IMG/VR virus record: IMGVR_UViG_3300049306_000006
Coordinates: 1-64,000 of that record
Origin: a virus
Taxonomy: Duplodnaviria > Caudoviricetes
Length of the DNA stretch: 64,000 nt
Strand: one strand, 5' to 3'
Position 1 is the stretch's first letter. Each line of letters begins with the position of its first letter. Positions 46,199-56,062 of this stretch are shown one piece after another. Under the pieces are notes generated by a model that saw only the letters and a program-made list of their open reading frames with translations, did not search any database and was not told the DNA's origin. The translations under genes were made by a program, and so were the position numbers.

Positions 46199-49100
46199 GT
46201 ACCCAGGTCGGCGGGATCGACGACGCTCGCGGTCTCTGTCACCTGGATCACGCTGACCGACGCCAGGTAGAGCCTCCTGTTGTCGCGTACGTCGCCGGCG
46301 GGAACCACCACCGTCGCGAACCAGCGGTTGCCCAGCTCGTCACGGACGCAGACGTAGTCCAGGTCCGCCCACGCCAGGTCACGCAGCCCGCGGAAGTTGG
46401 CCAGCGACGGCAGCGTGATCGCGGCGTTGTTCACCAGGATGACGCGCTGGAACCGCTCTCCGCCACGCTCCAGCGGACGCAGCGCCACGACGAAGTCACG
46501 ACCGTACAGCTGCTGAAGCGCTACCTCCTCCGCCTCGGGGAAGGCGAACTGCTCGACGGGTTGTCCCTCCCACTGCATGACGTACGCGAGGCTGCTGCTC
46601 GGCGCCGCGTTCGAGGTAAAGATCAGTACCGAGTTGCCGTCGCCCGCTCCCTGAACTCCCGGCGACGGCAGCGTCGCCGAGCCCGTCACCCACGGGCCCG
46701 CGAAGTCCAGCGCGTTCAGCGTCCTGATTCGGTACCAGCTGGTGACGCCGACCCGCGCCTCGAAGTCGCTGAGTGAGTTGACACAGTCCGGACTGTCTGT
46801 GAGCATGATTGTCTGCCAGTCGGTTAGCGCGTCGCTCCGCTGGACCTCGAGCTGGCCGCCGGAGAGCGCCGCGTTGAGCGCTCTAAAGCCGGCAAACGAC
46901 ACGACCGGGTCGACGTTGGTGTTTCCGGGAGTACGACGACTACGCACACCGTAGCTGCCGGCCGCGGTCAGACTAGCGTCGGTGACGGTGAGCTGCCACG
47001 TGGGCGTCTCGGTACCGCCGACCTGCCACGCGCGCGCTCGCAGCGTCGTACCGACGACTTGGCCTATGACGTTGTACGACGCACCGGCGTAGTTGACGAC
47101 GTTCGCCAGGGTCGTGTCCGCTAGGTCCGTGATAACACCCGCCACTTGCTTGTGAATGTGAAGCGTCACCGAGTTGTCAGTCTTCACGTGTACCTCGATA
47201 AAGTACCGGTTAGACGTATCGAGGTGACGGAGAACGACTCCCGCTTCCATGTCATTACCGGTTGCTACCTGTGAGAAGCTAACGCCTAGCGCCTCGACGT
47301 ACTGGTCCGGGTGCGGAGCTGTGATGATTGAGTTGCGTGACGTGCTAGCGCTGGTCAACAGGTGAGTTCCCGCCGCTCCGTCGACGTCGTAGTCGCCGGC
47401 AGCTCCCCCCGTGTTAGTCCACGCCTGACCGGTCGAGGCGTTGTTCCACGTGTCGACGTTGACCCGGTCAAACGTGTCACAGGCGCCAAACCCGTTCCAG
47501 GTCAGCTGGTTGTAGCCGATGCCCGTCGGAATGCAGCCGAACGGTGCGGCGCACACGAGCGTCGCCAGTCCCGTCACGGGCTGGCTAGCCGTCGTCAGCG
47601 CGAACCCGGTGACGGCGGGCGGGTCCTGTGAGAAGATGAGCACCGCGTCGCTCGTCGTGTCCTCTGCCGTTCCCGAGATGCTCGGCGACTGCCAGCTCAG
47701 CGTCACCGTCGAGCCCTGCGGCGCGTAGTAGGTGGCGGGACCGGTAGCCGCCGCCGTCGGACTAGGCTGCCACGAGCCGGTTGGTCCGTCGGCGACTAGG
47801 ATCTGCCACTGGTTGCCGGCCGCCTCACCGGCGGCCTGCCAGCGCCAGTCGACGTCACCGGCCGCCGCGCTGAACGTCGGCGGACTCGCGAACCGCAGGT
47901 TGACTTCACGCCAGCCGTCTACGATCTCGTCGAGCGCGTCGAAGTCCGTCACCGAGATCGAGACCGTGGACAGACCCGTAGCGACGTCGACCAGCGTCAG
48001 CGGCACGGTCGTCTCGCCGAAGCGCCGTGCGTAAAAGCGAACCTGTGGAAACTGCGCCGCGCTGGTGACCGGATCATCTTCAATCTCTTGGATGGGACTG
48101 TGACTCGCGTAGACCGGCGCGCCGTAGCTGGTACCGTAGGCGTGTACTCCGGTAACGATCGTCGAGCTCGTGTGAAGCGTCAGGTGCGGCAGAACCAGGT
48201 CGTCACCGTCGCTGACGGTGAACGTGTCTCCCTCCGTCGTGGTCTGGTTGACCTGAACCCCGCGGTGAGTCGGCAGCTCGTAGTAGCCGCGCACGGCGTG
48301 AATCTTCGGTGTGCCCTGGAGGTTCGACAGGCTCGACATGTCACGGTGATAGATCGTGACTGTGTACTCACCGGGCGTGAGCGTCGCTCCCTGCGTGAAC
48401 GTCACGGGACTGTACAGCCGAGCAGCGATGGCGCCGATGTTGTAGAAGTCCGCTAGGAGCTCAGGAAAGTTACTGAACGTGTTGTCGTACGTTCGAAACC
48501 CACCGTAGAGCACGCGGGTCTCCTCGCAGTACAGCACCTCAAGCTCGAGGTAGCCGAGGAGCACCGTAGAGACGGTGGCGTTGTTCTGCATGAACACCGT
48601 GAGGGCCTCGGCGGCCGCGGCGCTCGCACGAAACCTGTTTAGCTCCTGGAAGCGCCAGGGAAGTACCGTGCGCTGGTTACGAAAGCTGACCGTAGAGTCC
48701 CACGCAGGGTTGAGCTCGGTGATCGAGAGCGTCGAGATGTTGCCGGGCTCGGCCGTGTTGGTGATCTCGGTGACGTCGGGAAACGCAAATCCCTTAAACG
48801 CCGCCTGGTTGTGAATGCGAAATTCCATGTTGTCGGCGTTGCTGACGTTAGGCGACTGCAGCACGTAGTGCAGTCGCACGTCGACGATCCGTTTATCCAG
48901 CAGCACCTGCGCGTAGGAGTCCGTGTCGAAGCTGACCTGGAGCTGGCTGGAGGTTCCGGTGTCGGGGTCAAAGATGATAAACTTACGGTCACCTGGGTTC
49001 AGGAGCGCAGCTACGCCCTCCGTCGCGTCGATCGAGCCCGGGTTAGTGACGGTAATCGCGGACGGCTTGATCCGAACCGACTTCACCGGACCGGTCAGGT

Positions 49101-49323
49101 GCTCGCGTCCCGTCGGGTAGATCGAGATGAAATCACACGTCTGTGCAATGATGTTACCGGGTACCTCATTAACGTAGAACGCGCCGCTGACGGGTACCGC
49201 GGTGTGATCAATTCGGAACGTGTAGCCGCGCTCGGTGATGCCGTCTGGTAGGTAGTGCGCGTTGCGAATCGGCACCCACTCTTGACCGATGACGTACGGC
49301 GCGTGTGGATTGTAGTTTCCCAT
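46195..49323 (-). CDS. large minor tail protein (with carbohydrate-binding-like inserts)
   Basis: 1042 aa directly after the tape measure gene; DTFDR...GQAW lectin-like segment. Confidence 0.75.
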   Translation of the reverse strand: MGNYNPHAPYVIGQEWVPIRNAHYLPDGITERGYTFRIDHTAVPVSGAFYVNEVPGNIIAQTCDFISIYPTGREHLTGPVKSVRIKPSAITVTNPGSIDATEGVAALLNPGDRKFIIFDPDTGTSSQLQVSFDTDSYAQVLLDKRIVDVRLHYVLQSPNVSNADNMEFRIHNQAAFKGFAFPDVTEITNTAEPGNISTLSITELNPAWDSTVSFRNQRTVLPWRFQELNRFRASAAAAEALTVFMQNNATVSTVLLGYLELEVLYCEETRVLYGGFRTYDNTFSNFPELLADFYNIGAIAARLYSPVTFTQGATLTPGEYTVTIYHRDMSSLSNLQGTPKIHAVRGYYELPTHRGVQVNQTTTEGDTFTVSDGDDLVLPHLTLHTSSTIVTGVHAYGTSYGAPVYASHSPIQEIEDDPVTSAAQFPQVRFYARRFGETTVPLTLVDVATGLSTVSISVTDFDALDEIVDGWREVNLRFASPPTFSAAAGDVDWRWQAAGEAAGNQWQILVADGPTGSWQPSPTAAATGPATYYAPQGSTVTLSWQSPSISGTAEDTTSDAVLIFSQDPPAVTGFALTTASQPVTGLATLVCAAPFGCIPTGIGYNQLTWNGFGACDTFDRVNVDTWNNASTGQAWTNTGGAAGDYDVDGAAGTHLLTSASTSRNSIITAPHPDQYVEALGVSFSQVATGNDMEAGVVLRHLDTSNRYFIEVHVKTDNSVTLHIHKQVAGVITDLADTTLANVVNYAGASYNVIGQVVGTTLRARAWQVGGTETPTWQLTVTDASLTAAGSYGVRSRRTPGNTNVDPVVSFAGFRALNAALSGGQLEVQRSDALTDWQTIMLTDSPDCVNSLSDFEARVGVTSWYRIRTLNALDFAGPWVTGSATLPSPGVQGAGDGNSVLIFTSNAAPSSSLAYVMQWEGQPVEQFAFPEAEEVALQQLYGRDFVVALRPLERGGERFQRVILVNNAAITLPSLANFRGLRDLAWADLDYVCVRDELGNRWFATVVVPAGDVRDNRRLYLASVSVIQVTETASVVDPADLGT

Positions 49324-49326
49324 GTC

Positions 49327-51834
49327 CTAAACCGCCCTCGCTCGTACGGCGACGCCGCGACGCGCGATCGTCGCCGCGATGCCCGCGCCGACGGCCTGGC
49401 CGACGCTGAAGGCCTCGCTCTCCGTCGGTACCGCGCCGGAGAAGTTCACGTTGATCGCTCCCGGACTAAAGACGACTCCGCCGGCACCGCCGGAGACGGC
49501 GCTGCGAATCAGGCCGATCAGCTTCGACAGCGGCGCGACGACCTCGTCTTCGGATCCCTCGCCGACGTTCGCAATGACGCCGCCCGGCCGGTGCGGGACT
49601 ATCGCTCCCTCCGCTAGACGTGGGATTCGTCCGAGGTCACCGGGGAGGACGGCGTCGATCGACGCGATACCGGAGTTGATCTTATCGATGGCACGGTTGA
49701 GAAAACCCTTGACGGAGCCGACGATGTCGCCGGCGATGTCGCCGATGAACGAACCGACTGACCTAAAGCCGTTCATAAACGACTCGATCAGGTTCTTTCC
49801 GGCACGTGCGAAGATCGGTACTAGCTCGCGGATCTTGTCGGGCACCGACGCGATGAAGTCCACCGCGGCGTTGAAGCCGTTGACGATCGTGTCTCGCGCG
49901 GTCGTCACAGCCGAGGTGACGGCGTCGACGATAAACGTCTTCACGAGAGTGAACGCCGTGGACACACGTCCCGGTACCGAGTCGAGAAACGTAAGCACCG
50001 CGTTGAAGCCGTTGACGAACAGCTCGCTCGTCGCGGTGACGGCTGCTCGCGTCAAGTTGATGATGAAGTCCCTGACGCGCACGAAGATTGCGGCGACTCG
50101 CTCCGGCAGCGAGGCTAGAAACTCGACGATCTTGCCGGGAAGAACCTGGATCGCAAACAGAATGAGACCGATTGACGCGCCTACGGTGAGCAGCACCCGG
50201 TCAAACACGGCACCGATGAAGTCGCCGATGAGCGACGGAATCGACGCTAGAAACTTGCCGAAGTCGCTGACGCGGCTACCGACTCCGCTGATGAAGTCAC
50301 CGACGCGCGTGACGGCCGCCTCGAGAGCGTTACCCACGCGTTCCGGAACGGTACCGACAAAGTTTCCGAACTCGCGCAGCTTACCCAGCGCCTGTGAAAC
50401 AAATCGTCCGATCGCCGCGCCGAGCTTGGTTACTCCGGTTCCTATGAGCTCGAGGACGTCGAGTGTCCTGTGAAAGCTGAACAGCGAGACCTCGAACGTA
50501 GCGACCAGTCCGGCGATCGCCACTCCCAGCGCCTTGACGATCAGTACTAGGTCCTGCAGCGTGCGCTGACCCTCGGCCGACTTGAAGAACGCGTTGAGCT
50601 CGTTGACGCTGTCGGTCAGCGTCTTAATTAAGTCGTGTCCCGCGTCCTCGGTTCCAGCGAAGATGGTGCCGAGCAGGCCGCCGACGGCCTTCAGCAGGTC
50701 AACCAGCTCCTTAACGGTGGTAAACGCATCCTCAATGAAGGTGTTGAAGTCGTTGGACTCGATCGCCTGGTTGAGAAACGCGGCGAAGCTGTCGAGCGCG
50801 TGACCGAGCGCCGTAGCGATTCGCTCGATGAAGGGCAACGACTCCCGAACCGACGAGCCGACCGCGTCGAAGAAGCGAACTAGCGGTCCGGTGAGCGTCG
50901 AGATGATTCGCGCCGTCGCCGCGAACAGCTCGTTGAAGACGTGCACGCTGCGCGCCGACGCTAGGAAGCCGACGAAGTCGTGAACGAGTCGACCTACCGC
51001 GGCCGCCACGGCGTTGAAGCTTCCCGCGATCTGCGGCAGTATTCCCGCCAGAACGGTGAAGCTACCCTTCACCTGTGAGAAGAACGCCTCCTGTGTGACC
51101 CGCTGAAAGCTGCGCAGCGTCGGCAGGAGCGCCGCGACCTCGCGAGCGACCAGCGCCGCCGACGGTGACAGCTTCTTGAGCGCTTCGTTGATCTTGTCTA
51201 TGTCACCGCTGGCGAGCGCGCTGACCGCCTCACCGAAGTTCTGAAACGCGACGACGACTGGAACTATCGCCGCGATCAGAACACCGAGACCTGACGGCAG
51301 GATGCCGACCAGCCCGATGAGGTTAGACAGGGCAGCAGCGAGCGCGATGATAGCAGGTACCAGTGCGAGGATGAGAACTAGCAGCGGACTCGACGTTACG
51401 AAGCTACCCAGGACTCCGGCGAGCTGGCCGAGCAGACCGACAGTCGAGCTGAGACCCGCTCCTAGCTTCTTGAGACCCCGCTCGAAGTGGTCACCGAGGT
51501 CGTCGAAGACGTCACTCACTCGCGTGAACGCGTTGCGCAGCGTTCGCTGAAGGCGGTTCAAGCCGTCGGGCATCCCGCGACCGATACGTGACGTAGTCGT
51601 GACGACCGCGTCGTCGATGTCCCTGAACGCCCTGGTCGCTGTCCTAGCGGTGTCCCTGAAGTGCGCGTCTACCTTGTCGAGGGCGTCGTCTATGCCGTCA
51701 TCGATGTTCTTAACGGTCTTGTCGAGCTCCCTGTCGACGTCGTCGAGAACGTCCTTGATGTCCTTCTTGACCTGCTTTAGGGACTTATCGCGCACCACGA
51801 TGTCGACGTACGCCACGTCGATCGGTTGTGTCAC
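49327..51834 (-). CDS. tape measure protein
   Basis: Ala/Leu-rich amphipathic repeats; IPRLAEGAIV...VGEG..DEVVAPL C-terminus. Confidence 0.9.
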   Translation of the reverse strand: MTQPIDVAYVDIVVRDKSLKQVKKDIKDVLDDVDRELDKTVKNIDDGIDDALDKVDAHFRDTARTATRAFRDIDDAVVTTTSRIGRGMPDGLNRLQRTLRNAFTRVSDVFDDLGDHFERGLKKLGAGLSSTVGLLGQLAGVLGSFVTSSPLLVLILALVPAIIALAAALSNLIGLVGILPSGLGVLIAAIVPVVVAFQNFGEAVSALASGDIDKINEALKKLSPSAALVAREVAALLPTLRSFQRVTQEAFFSQVKGSFTVLAGILPQIAGSFNAVAAAVGRLVHDFVGFLASARSVHVFNELFAATARIISTLTGPLVRFFDAVGSSVRESLPFIERIATALGHALDSFAAFLNQAIESNDFNTFIEDAFTTVKELVDLLKAVGGLLGTIFAGTEDAGHDLIKTLTDSVNELNAFFKSAEGQRTLQDLVLIVKALGVAIAGLVATFEVSLFSFHRTLDVLELIGTGVTKLGAAIGRFVSQALGKLREFGNFVGTVPERVGNALEAAVTRVGDFISGVGSRVSDFGKFLASIPSLIGDFIGAVFDRVLLTVGASIGLILFAIQVLPGKIVEFLASLPERVAAIFVRVRDFIINLTRAAVTATSELFVNGFNAVLTFLDSVPGRVSTAFTLVKTFIVDAVTSAVTTARDTIVNGFNAAVDFIASVPDKIRELVPIFARAGKNLIESFMNGFRSVGSFIGDIAGDIVGSVKGFLNRAIDKINSGIASIDAVLPGDLGRIPRLAEGAIVPHRPGGVIANVGEGSEDEVVAPLSKLIGLIRSAVSGGAGGVVFSPGAINVNFSGAVPTESEAFSVGQAVGAGIAATIARRGVAVRARAV

Positions 51835-52196
51835 TTTCGTCCCCTCAGCTGCAGTCCCACCCGGTTGACGTCACTGACCGTAACGCCTCCCGGCTTAAAC
51901 CACGTCGGTCGTCGGATACCGTGACTCGGTACCGGCGGCGGAGCCTCGTCATAGATCGAGATGTAACCGATCAGTCTCTCGTTGAGGTCCTCGAGACCCG
52001 CTACCTGTTCCTTCGTCAGCGTTCCCTGTGTGATAGAATCGTCGATCAGCCACCAGTGTGCCAGGTTGAGAAACCTGGCCGCCTCGAGTCCTAGTGCATC
52101 AACTCCACGGGCAGCGCACCAGCCGTCGAAGATGTGCCAACGCCGACGCTCACTGATGAGTCCGACGAGTCCGACGACAGCGTCGAACGGCCTTTT
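51831..52196 (-). CDS. tail assembly chaperone, -1 frameshift extension (gpGT-like)
   Basis: Start-less open frame (RPFDAVV...WHIFDGWCAARGVD..RFLNLAHWWL...RGRK*) whose TGA overlaps the tape measure GTG. Confidence 0.7.
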   Translation of the reverse strand, partial: KRPFDAVVGLVGLISERRRWHIFDGWCAARGVDALGLEAARFLNLAHWWLIDDSITQGTLTKEQVAGLEDLNERLIGYISIYDEAPPPVPSHGIRRPTWFKPGGVTVSDVNRVGLQLRGRK

Positions 52197-52516
52197 GTGT
52201 AGACCTCAACGATCCACTGGATGATCTCCAGTAGCTGCTGGATGTCGATCGGCTTGCGCGGGTTACCGAGCCGAGCCTCAAACACCTCGTACGAGTCGTC
52301 CAGCAGAAACAGCTTGAAGATGTCCCGCAGCTTGGCGACGACCGCGGCCGCTCGGTCCGTCTCGCTGTCCTCGGCGCGCGTGCGCACCGCGCTCAGTAGT
52401 TCCTGCAGCGTGTCCGGCAGCAGCGCTTCGACGCAGTGAAAGTGGTCATCGTCGATCTTGAAACGAACCGGCTTGCGCTTCTTAGTGAAGTCTCTGTAGT
52501 GAACCTCGTCGGCCAC
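52091..52516 (-). CDS. tail assembly chaperone (gpG-like)
   Basis: Position before the tape measure gene; GGGAG RBS. Confidence 0.75.
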   Translation of the reverse strand: MADEVHYRDFTKKRKPVRFKIDDDHFHCVEALLPDTLQELLSAVRTRAEDSETDRAAAVVAKLRDIFKLFLLDDSYEVFEARLGNPRKPIDIQQLLEIIQWIVEVYTKGRSTLSSDSSDSSVSVGVGTSSTAGALPVELMH

Positions 52517-52595
52517 CCGCGTCTCCCGTCTGTCTCTCCCGTGTAGTCTCCAGTGACTCTACCCCGCCGCGGACAAGTCCTATGCGATGAAGAAC

Positions 52596-53057
52596 TCAGG
52601 CGTCTCTGAAGGCCGGAAGCGCGTCCTTGAGAAACGGGTTAGGTTTCATACCGCGCACGTAGCGCGCTACGACCTTACCGGCGAGCTTGCCCTTCTTGGC
52701 GCCGTAAACCTGCGACTTGAAGACGAGGACACGTGACCTCAGCGGTCGAATCAGCCGGTGCTTAGGTCCGTACAGTCCGGTACCGTCGTGCACGTAGAGC
52801 GCGTAGTAGACGCCGGTACCGACGCGTACCGCCAGGGAGTTGACGCGCGGAACCAGCGCTACCGCCACGCTAGCGCGCAGCAGTCCCGTGTTGATCCGTC
52901 GCGGTCCCGAGCCCGTGGCTCCGCCGAGGTTGCGCCGGGCGCGCGACTGAACGCGCGCGCCGCGCTTGAGTAGGTCCTTAGCCACGGCGCCGCTCGGACC
53001 CTGCAGCATGTTTCGCAGCTGAACGTCGTTGAACTTATGTGTCACGACGACCGGCAC
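52596..53057 (-). CDS. HK97 gp10-like neck/tail completion protein
   Basis: TGLLRAS, YALYVHDGTG, GMKPNPFLKDAL. Confidence 0.85.
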   Translation of the reverse strand: MPVVVTHKFNDVQLRNMLQGPSGAVAKDLLKRGARVQSRARRNLGGATGSGPRRINTGLLRASVAVALVPRVNSLAVRVGTGVYYALYVHDGTGLYGPKHRLIRPLRSRVLVFKSQVYGAKKGKLAGKVVARYVRGMKPNPFLKDALPAFRDA

Positions 53058-53079
53058 ACCGTCACCTCCTACCTCAAGG

Positions 53080-53601
53080 TTAAATCAGCTCGAACTTGAA
53101 GATCAGCTCTGAGCCGCCGCAGCCCCCCTCGGGTCCGACGAAGTTGGTTCGCCCGACGGTGTACTTCTGGATCGTTCGCGCGGTCTTGTACGTCCGCAGG
53201 CAGCACTCGACGCCGCGACGGACCGCCCACGCGTCCGCCTGTTGGATCAACGCAGCCTCGCGCAGCTTGGCGCACGACGGCGGCTTTCCCGCTTGGTCCA
53301 GTCCGGGAACGCACCTCAAGATCGACACGAGGGTCTCGACGACCAGCGCGAACGGTCCGCAGCTCGTGATCCGCTGCGTCTCCGAGGCGTCCGTCGGAAA
53401 CGTCGACGTCGGGTAGATCCCCTGGATCGTCAGCGCCAGCTGACCACAGTCACAGCCGTCCCACGCGATCGCACCCGGTACCAGCAGGCAAGTCCGCATG
53501 TTGGGAGGAACGCCGCCCGACTCCGGCGTGGTTTGTAGCTCGTCGACGACGCACTGGCCGACACCGGTAACGATCGCGGCCGCGGTTAGCGGAAGTATCA
53601 C
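53080..53601 (-). CDS. tail terminator-like protein
   Basis: AWDGCDCGQL, GPEGGCGG; position. Confidence 0.65.
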   Translation of the reverse strand: MILPLTAAAIVTGVGQCVVDELQTTPESGGVPPNMRTCLLVPGAIAWDGCDCGQLALTIQGIYPTSTFPTDASETQRITSCGPFALVVETLVSILRCVPGLDQAGKPPSCAKLREAALIQQADAWAVRRGVECCLRTYKTARTIQKYTVGRTNFVGPEGGCGGSELIFKFELI

Positions 53602-55238
53602 GGCGTCGTCCCCCAGGCTCGGTGCTGCGGTCCGTCGAGGTCGTAGACCGCGGAGCGGGCCTGGTTGTGATTCGGGTTAGCGGTCTTGATGAACAGGTCA
53701 CACATGCGCAGCTGAATGAAACCGGTGTTGAACAGGTCACTGACGCGCGCGATCGACATCGAGATTCCCTGCCGGCTGATGTCGACGACTCCTTGCGGCA
53801 GCGCGCAGTCCAGACACAGCAGGTACTTGACGATCTCGGCCGCCAGCTCACCGACGGCGATGTTACCGAGCGTCGGAACGACCTCACCGTAGTCGACGGT
53901 AACGGCCCATGTGTCGACCTCAGTGTCCGCCAGGTTCATGTTCTGGCAGAACGGCCACAGCTGGCCGCCGAGCCTGACCAGCTTGCGGTAGTCGTCTATC
54001 CGGTAGTCGACGTTCTTGATCAGAGCGACGCCGTCAACCTTGACCTCGATGATGTCGTAAACGGGACCCGGTAGCGTCGTCTCCTCCAGCGCGACGCACG
54101 AGCACGAGTCGTTCGGACACGAGCCGCACGCCAGGTTGTACCACGTGCCGGACCACCAGTACGGCTGCGGGTACGTGCCGTACTCCCACCACTGGTGCCA
54201 CGGAAACGTCGCCGAGCACGACTGGCGACACGGGCGCAGCGTCACGCGGCACAGGCCGAAGCGCTGCGCCGTCAGCTGGTACAGGATCTCTGAGGCGGCC
54301 TCCAGCGCCGCGCCGGTGACGGCCGCCGCGCCCGTCAGCAGCCGCACGTCACACTCGCCGCCGGGCCAGACCGCGTCCCACGGCTCACAGGGTCCGAACT
54401 TGTACAGGTGCACGTCACCCTCCTCTGTCGCGGAGGGCTGCGGAGCCTGTCCGCTACCGGCGGCGGTCGTCGCCGTCACCGTAACGTTAACTGTAGCTTC
54501 CGTGACGTCTCCGGCGCCTGCCGCGAGTCCCCCGGCTACCACCAGCGTGCCGAAGGCGTCCGCGTCCGGCGAGACGCCGCCGCCCGCGACCGTCGTCGGC
54601 GAGACCTGCACCGCGGAGGTTGCTCCCAGCGCGGCGCCGGAGCCAGCCGTAGCACCCGCTGGTGAACTGACCGCGCCGCTGGCGCTAGTTACCGCACCGG
54701 TGCCGGTCGCCGAGCCAGCGGAGGCGGTGGTGCCCGCCGCCTCGACGTCGACGTCCGCAAAGAAGTACGCCTCGTACGACGTAGCGGGAATCGCAGCTTG
54801 ACCGGCGCCGTTGTTGAACCGGCCCGTCGTCGAGACGACCAGTCCGCCCGAGCCGACGGGAAACGTCTCGCTGCCGTCATCGGTGTAGACGCCGTTACCA
54901 CCCTGGAAGTAGACGTTGACGACGTAGTCATCGGCCGCGCTCAGCGTCACGTTTCCCGGTGTCGTGAACAGCGCGCTCGTAAATGACATCCACGTGCCGC
55001 TGGTCGGTGTGCCGTGTCCGGCTGCGTTGAGGTTAGACTCGGCGACGAGCGCCGAGTCGCTGATCCGCCACAGCTGCCAGAAGAACGTCGTCGGGCGACC
55101 CGCTAACGGAACCCACGCACGACCGCTGGTACACGTGGAGTCGCTGGAGACGGTGAACTCCGCACCCCAGCCGTGGTTGTTTCCGTCGAAGTCGTTCTGA
55201 ACGACGGGCGTCTGTCCCGTGTAGATGGTGTCGGCCAC
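53598..55238 (-). CDS. head-to-tail adaptor with N-terminal DUF4082-like domain
   Basis: C-terminal ASEILYQLT..RFGLC..TLRPC...GELAAE..C.LP...ISRQGIS adaptor; N-terminal beta-sandwich ending YFFADV; Ala/Gly/Thr linker. Confidence 0.7.
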   Translation of the reverse strand: MADTIYTGQTPVVQNDFDGNNHGWGAEFTVSSDSTCTSGRAWVPLAGRPTTFFWQLWRISDSALVAESNLNAAGHGTPTSGTWMSFTSALFTTPGNVTLSAADDYVVNVYFQGGNGVYTDDGSETFPVGSGGLVVSTTGRFNNGAGQAAIPATSYEAYFFADVDVEAAGTTASAGSATGTGAVTSASGAVSSPAGATAGSGAALGATSAVQVSPTTVAGGGVSPDADAFGTLVVAGGLAAGAGDVTEATVNVTVTATTAAGSGQAPQPSATEEGDVHLYKFGPCEPWDAVWPGGECDVRLLTGAAAVTGAALEAASEILYQLTAQRFGLCRVTLRPCRQSCSATFPWHQWWEYGTYPQPYWWSGTWYNLACGSCPNDSCSCVALEETTLPGPVYDIIEVKVDGVALIKNVDYRIDDYRKLVRLGGQLWPFCQNMNLADTEVDTWAVTVDYGEVVPTLGNIAVGELAAEIVKYLLCLDCALPQGVVDISRQGISMSIARVSDLFNTGFIQLRMCDLFIKTANPNHNQARSAVYDLDGPQHRAWGTTP

Positions 55239-55250
55239 GGCACCACCTCG

Positions 55251-55727
55251 CTACGTGTGAGTGTAGCGCAGGATGCCGTTCGCGTGCCAGGCTACGGTAA
55301 ACGTGCCGTTGACGACCGAGTTTGAGCCGCCGAAGTAGTTGTAGCAGACTCCCTGGTCGGCCACGGGCGCGGCCAACGTGTCGTCGTAGACTAGGCAGCC
55401 GAAGACGTTCGCCAGGTCCGCCGCCGAACCGGACACCGTGTCGCTCGCGTCGAAGAAAACCACGTCCGCCGTGGCGCTGTTCAGCGTCTGACCGGTCAGC
55501 GCGACGCCTCCCTGCGCCCACTGTCCCGCCTCGAAGACCTCGTTGCCCGCGCTGGTCCACTGGCCGGCGTTGTACGCCGTGTTAGCCGAGGTCACGTTCG
55601 AGTCCGGCGTGATGTCGTTGTCATAGAGCGCGACCTTGAACGAGTCGGCGTCTAGGTCAAACGCCGCGACGTTGCCGAGGACATCTGCTAGGAAGGCACG
55701 AAAGATCTTGGAGGTCGACCAGGCCAC
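55251..55727 (-). CDS. virion structural protein
   Basis: DLDADSFKVALY...NGTFTVAW, a common phage family. Confidence 0.7.
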   Translation of the reverse strand: MAWSTSKIFRAFLADVLGNVAAFDLDADSFKVALYDNDITPDSNVTSANTAYNAGQWTSAGNEVFEAGQWAQGGVALTGQTLNSATADVVFFDASDTVSGSAADLANVFGCLVYDDTLAAPVADQGVCYNYFGGSNSVVNGTFTVAWHANGILRYTHT

Positions 55728-56050
55728 TACGCACCGCCCCGTGTCACGCCGGAGACGGCGGCCAGCGGTGCCAGCACGCGACAGTCCTGTCCGTCAGCAC
55801 GCTCGGTCACGATCGACATGATCGGACGTCCCTCGCCGTCGACCTGCACGACGTTCTCGCCGACGTAGTCATCACGCTCGCGCGCGTAGACCTTGGCGCG
55901 TACGCCGTCCTCGACCAGCGGAGCGATCAGGCCCCTCAGGCCCCGACAACGGTGAATGACCGCCTGCGGTCCGGACTTGTAGGTGACGCGCGTGTAGTCA
56001 CAGTTGGGACAGCCCCAGTGTCGCTCCACGCTCAGGTCGAAAGTTGCCAC
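55727..56050 (-). CDS. hypothetical protein (CPNC...HRC)
   Basis: EREDY-like ERDDYVG motif; coupled. Confidence 0.7.
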   Translation of the reverse strand: MATFDLSVERHWGCPNCDYTRVTYKSGPQAVIHRCRGLRGLIAPLVEDGVRAKVYARERDDYVGENVVQVDGEGRPIMSIVTERADGQDCRVLAPLAAVSGVTRGGA

Positions 56051-56062
56051 GAGTCACCGTCT

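Noticed and set aside
49379-50473. 364-aa plus-strand ORF
   Set aside because: Antisense shadow of the tape measure gene, typical of high-GC DNA
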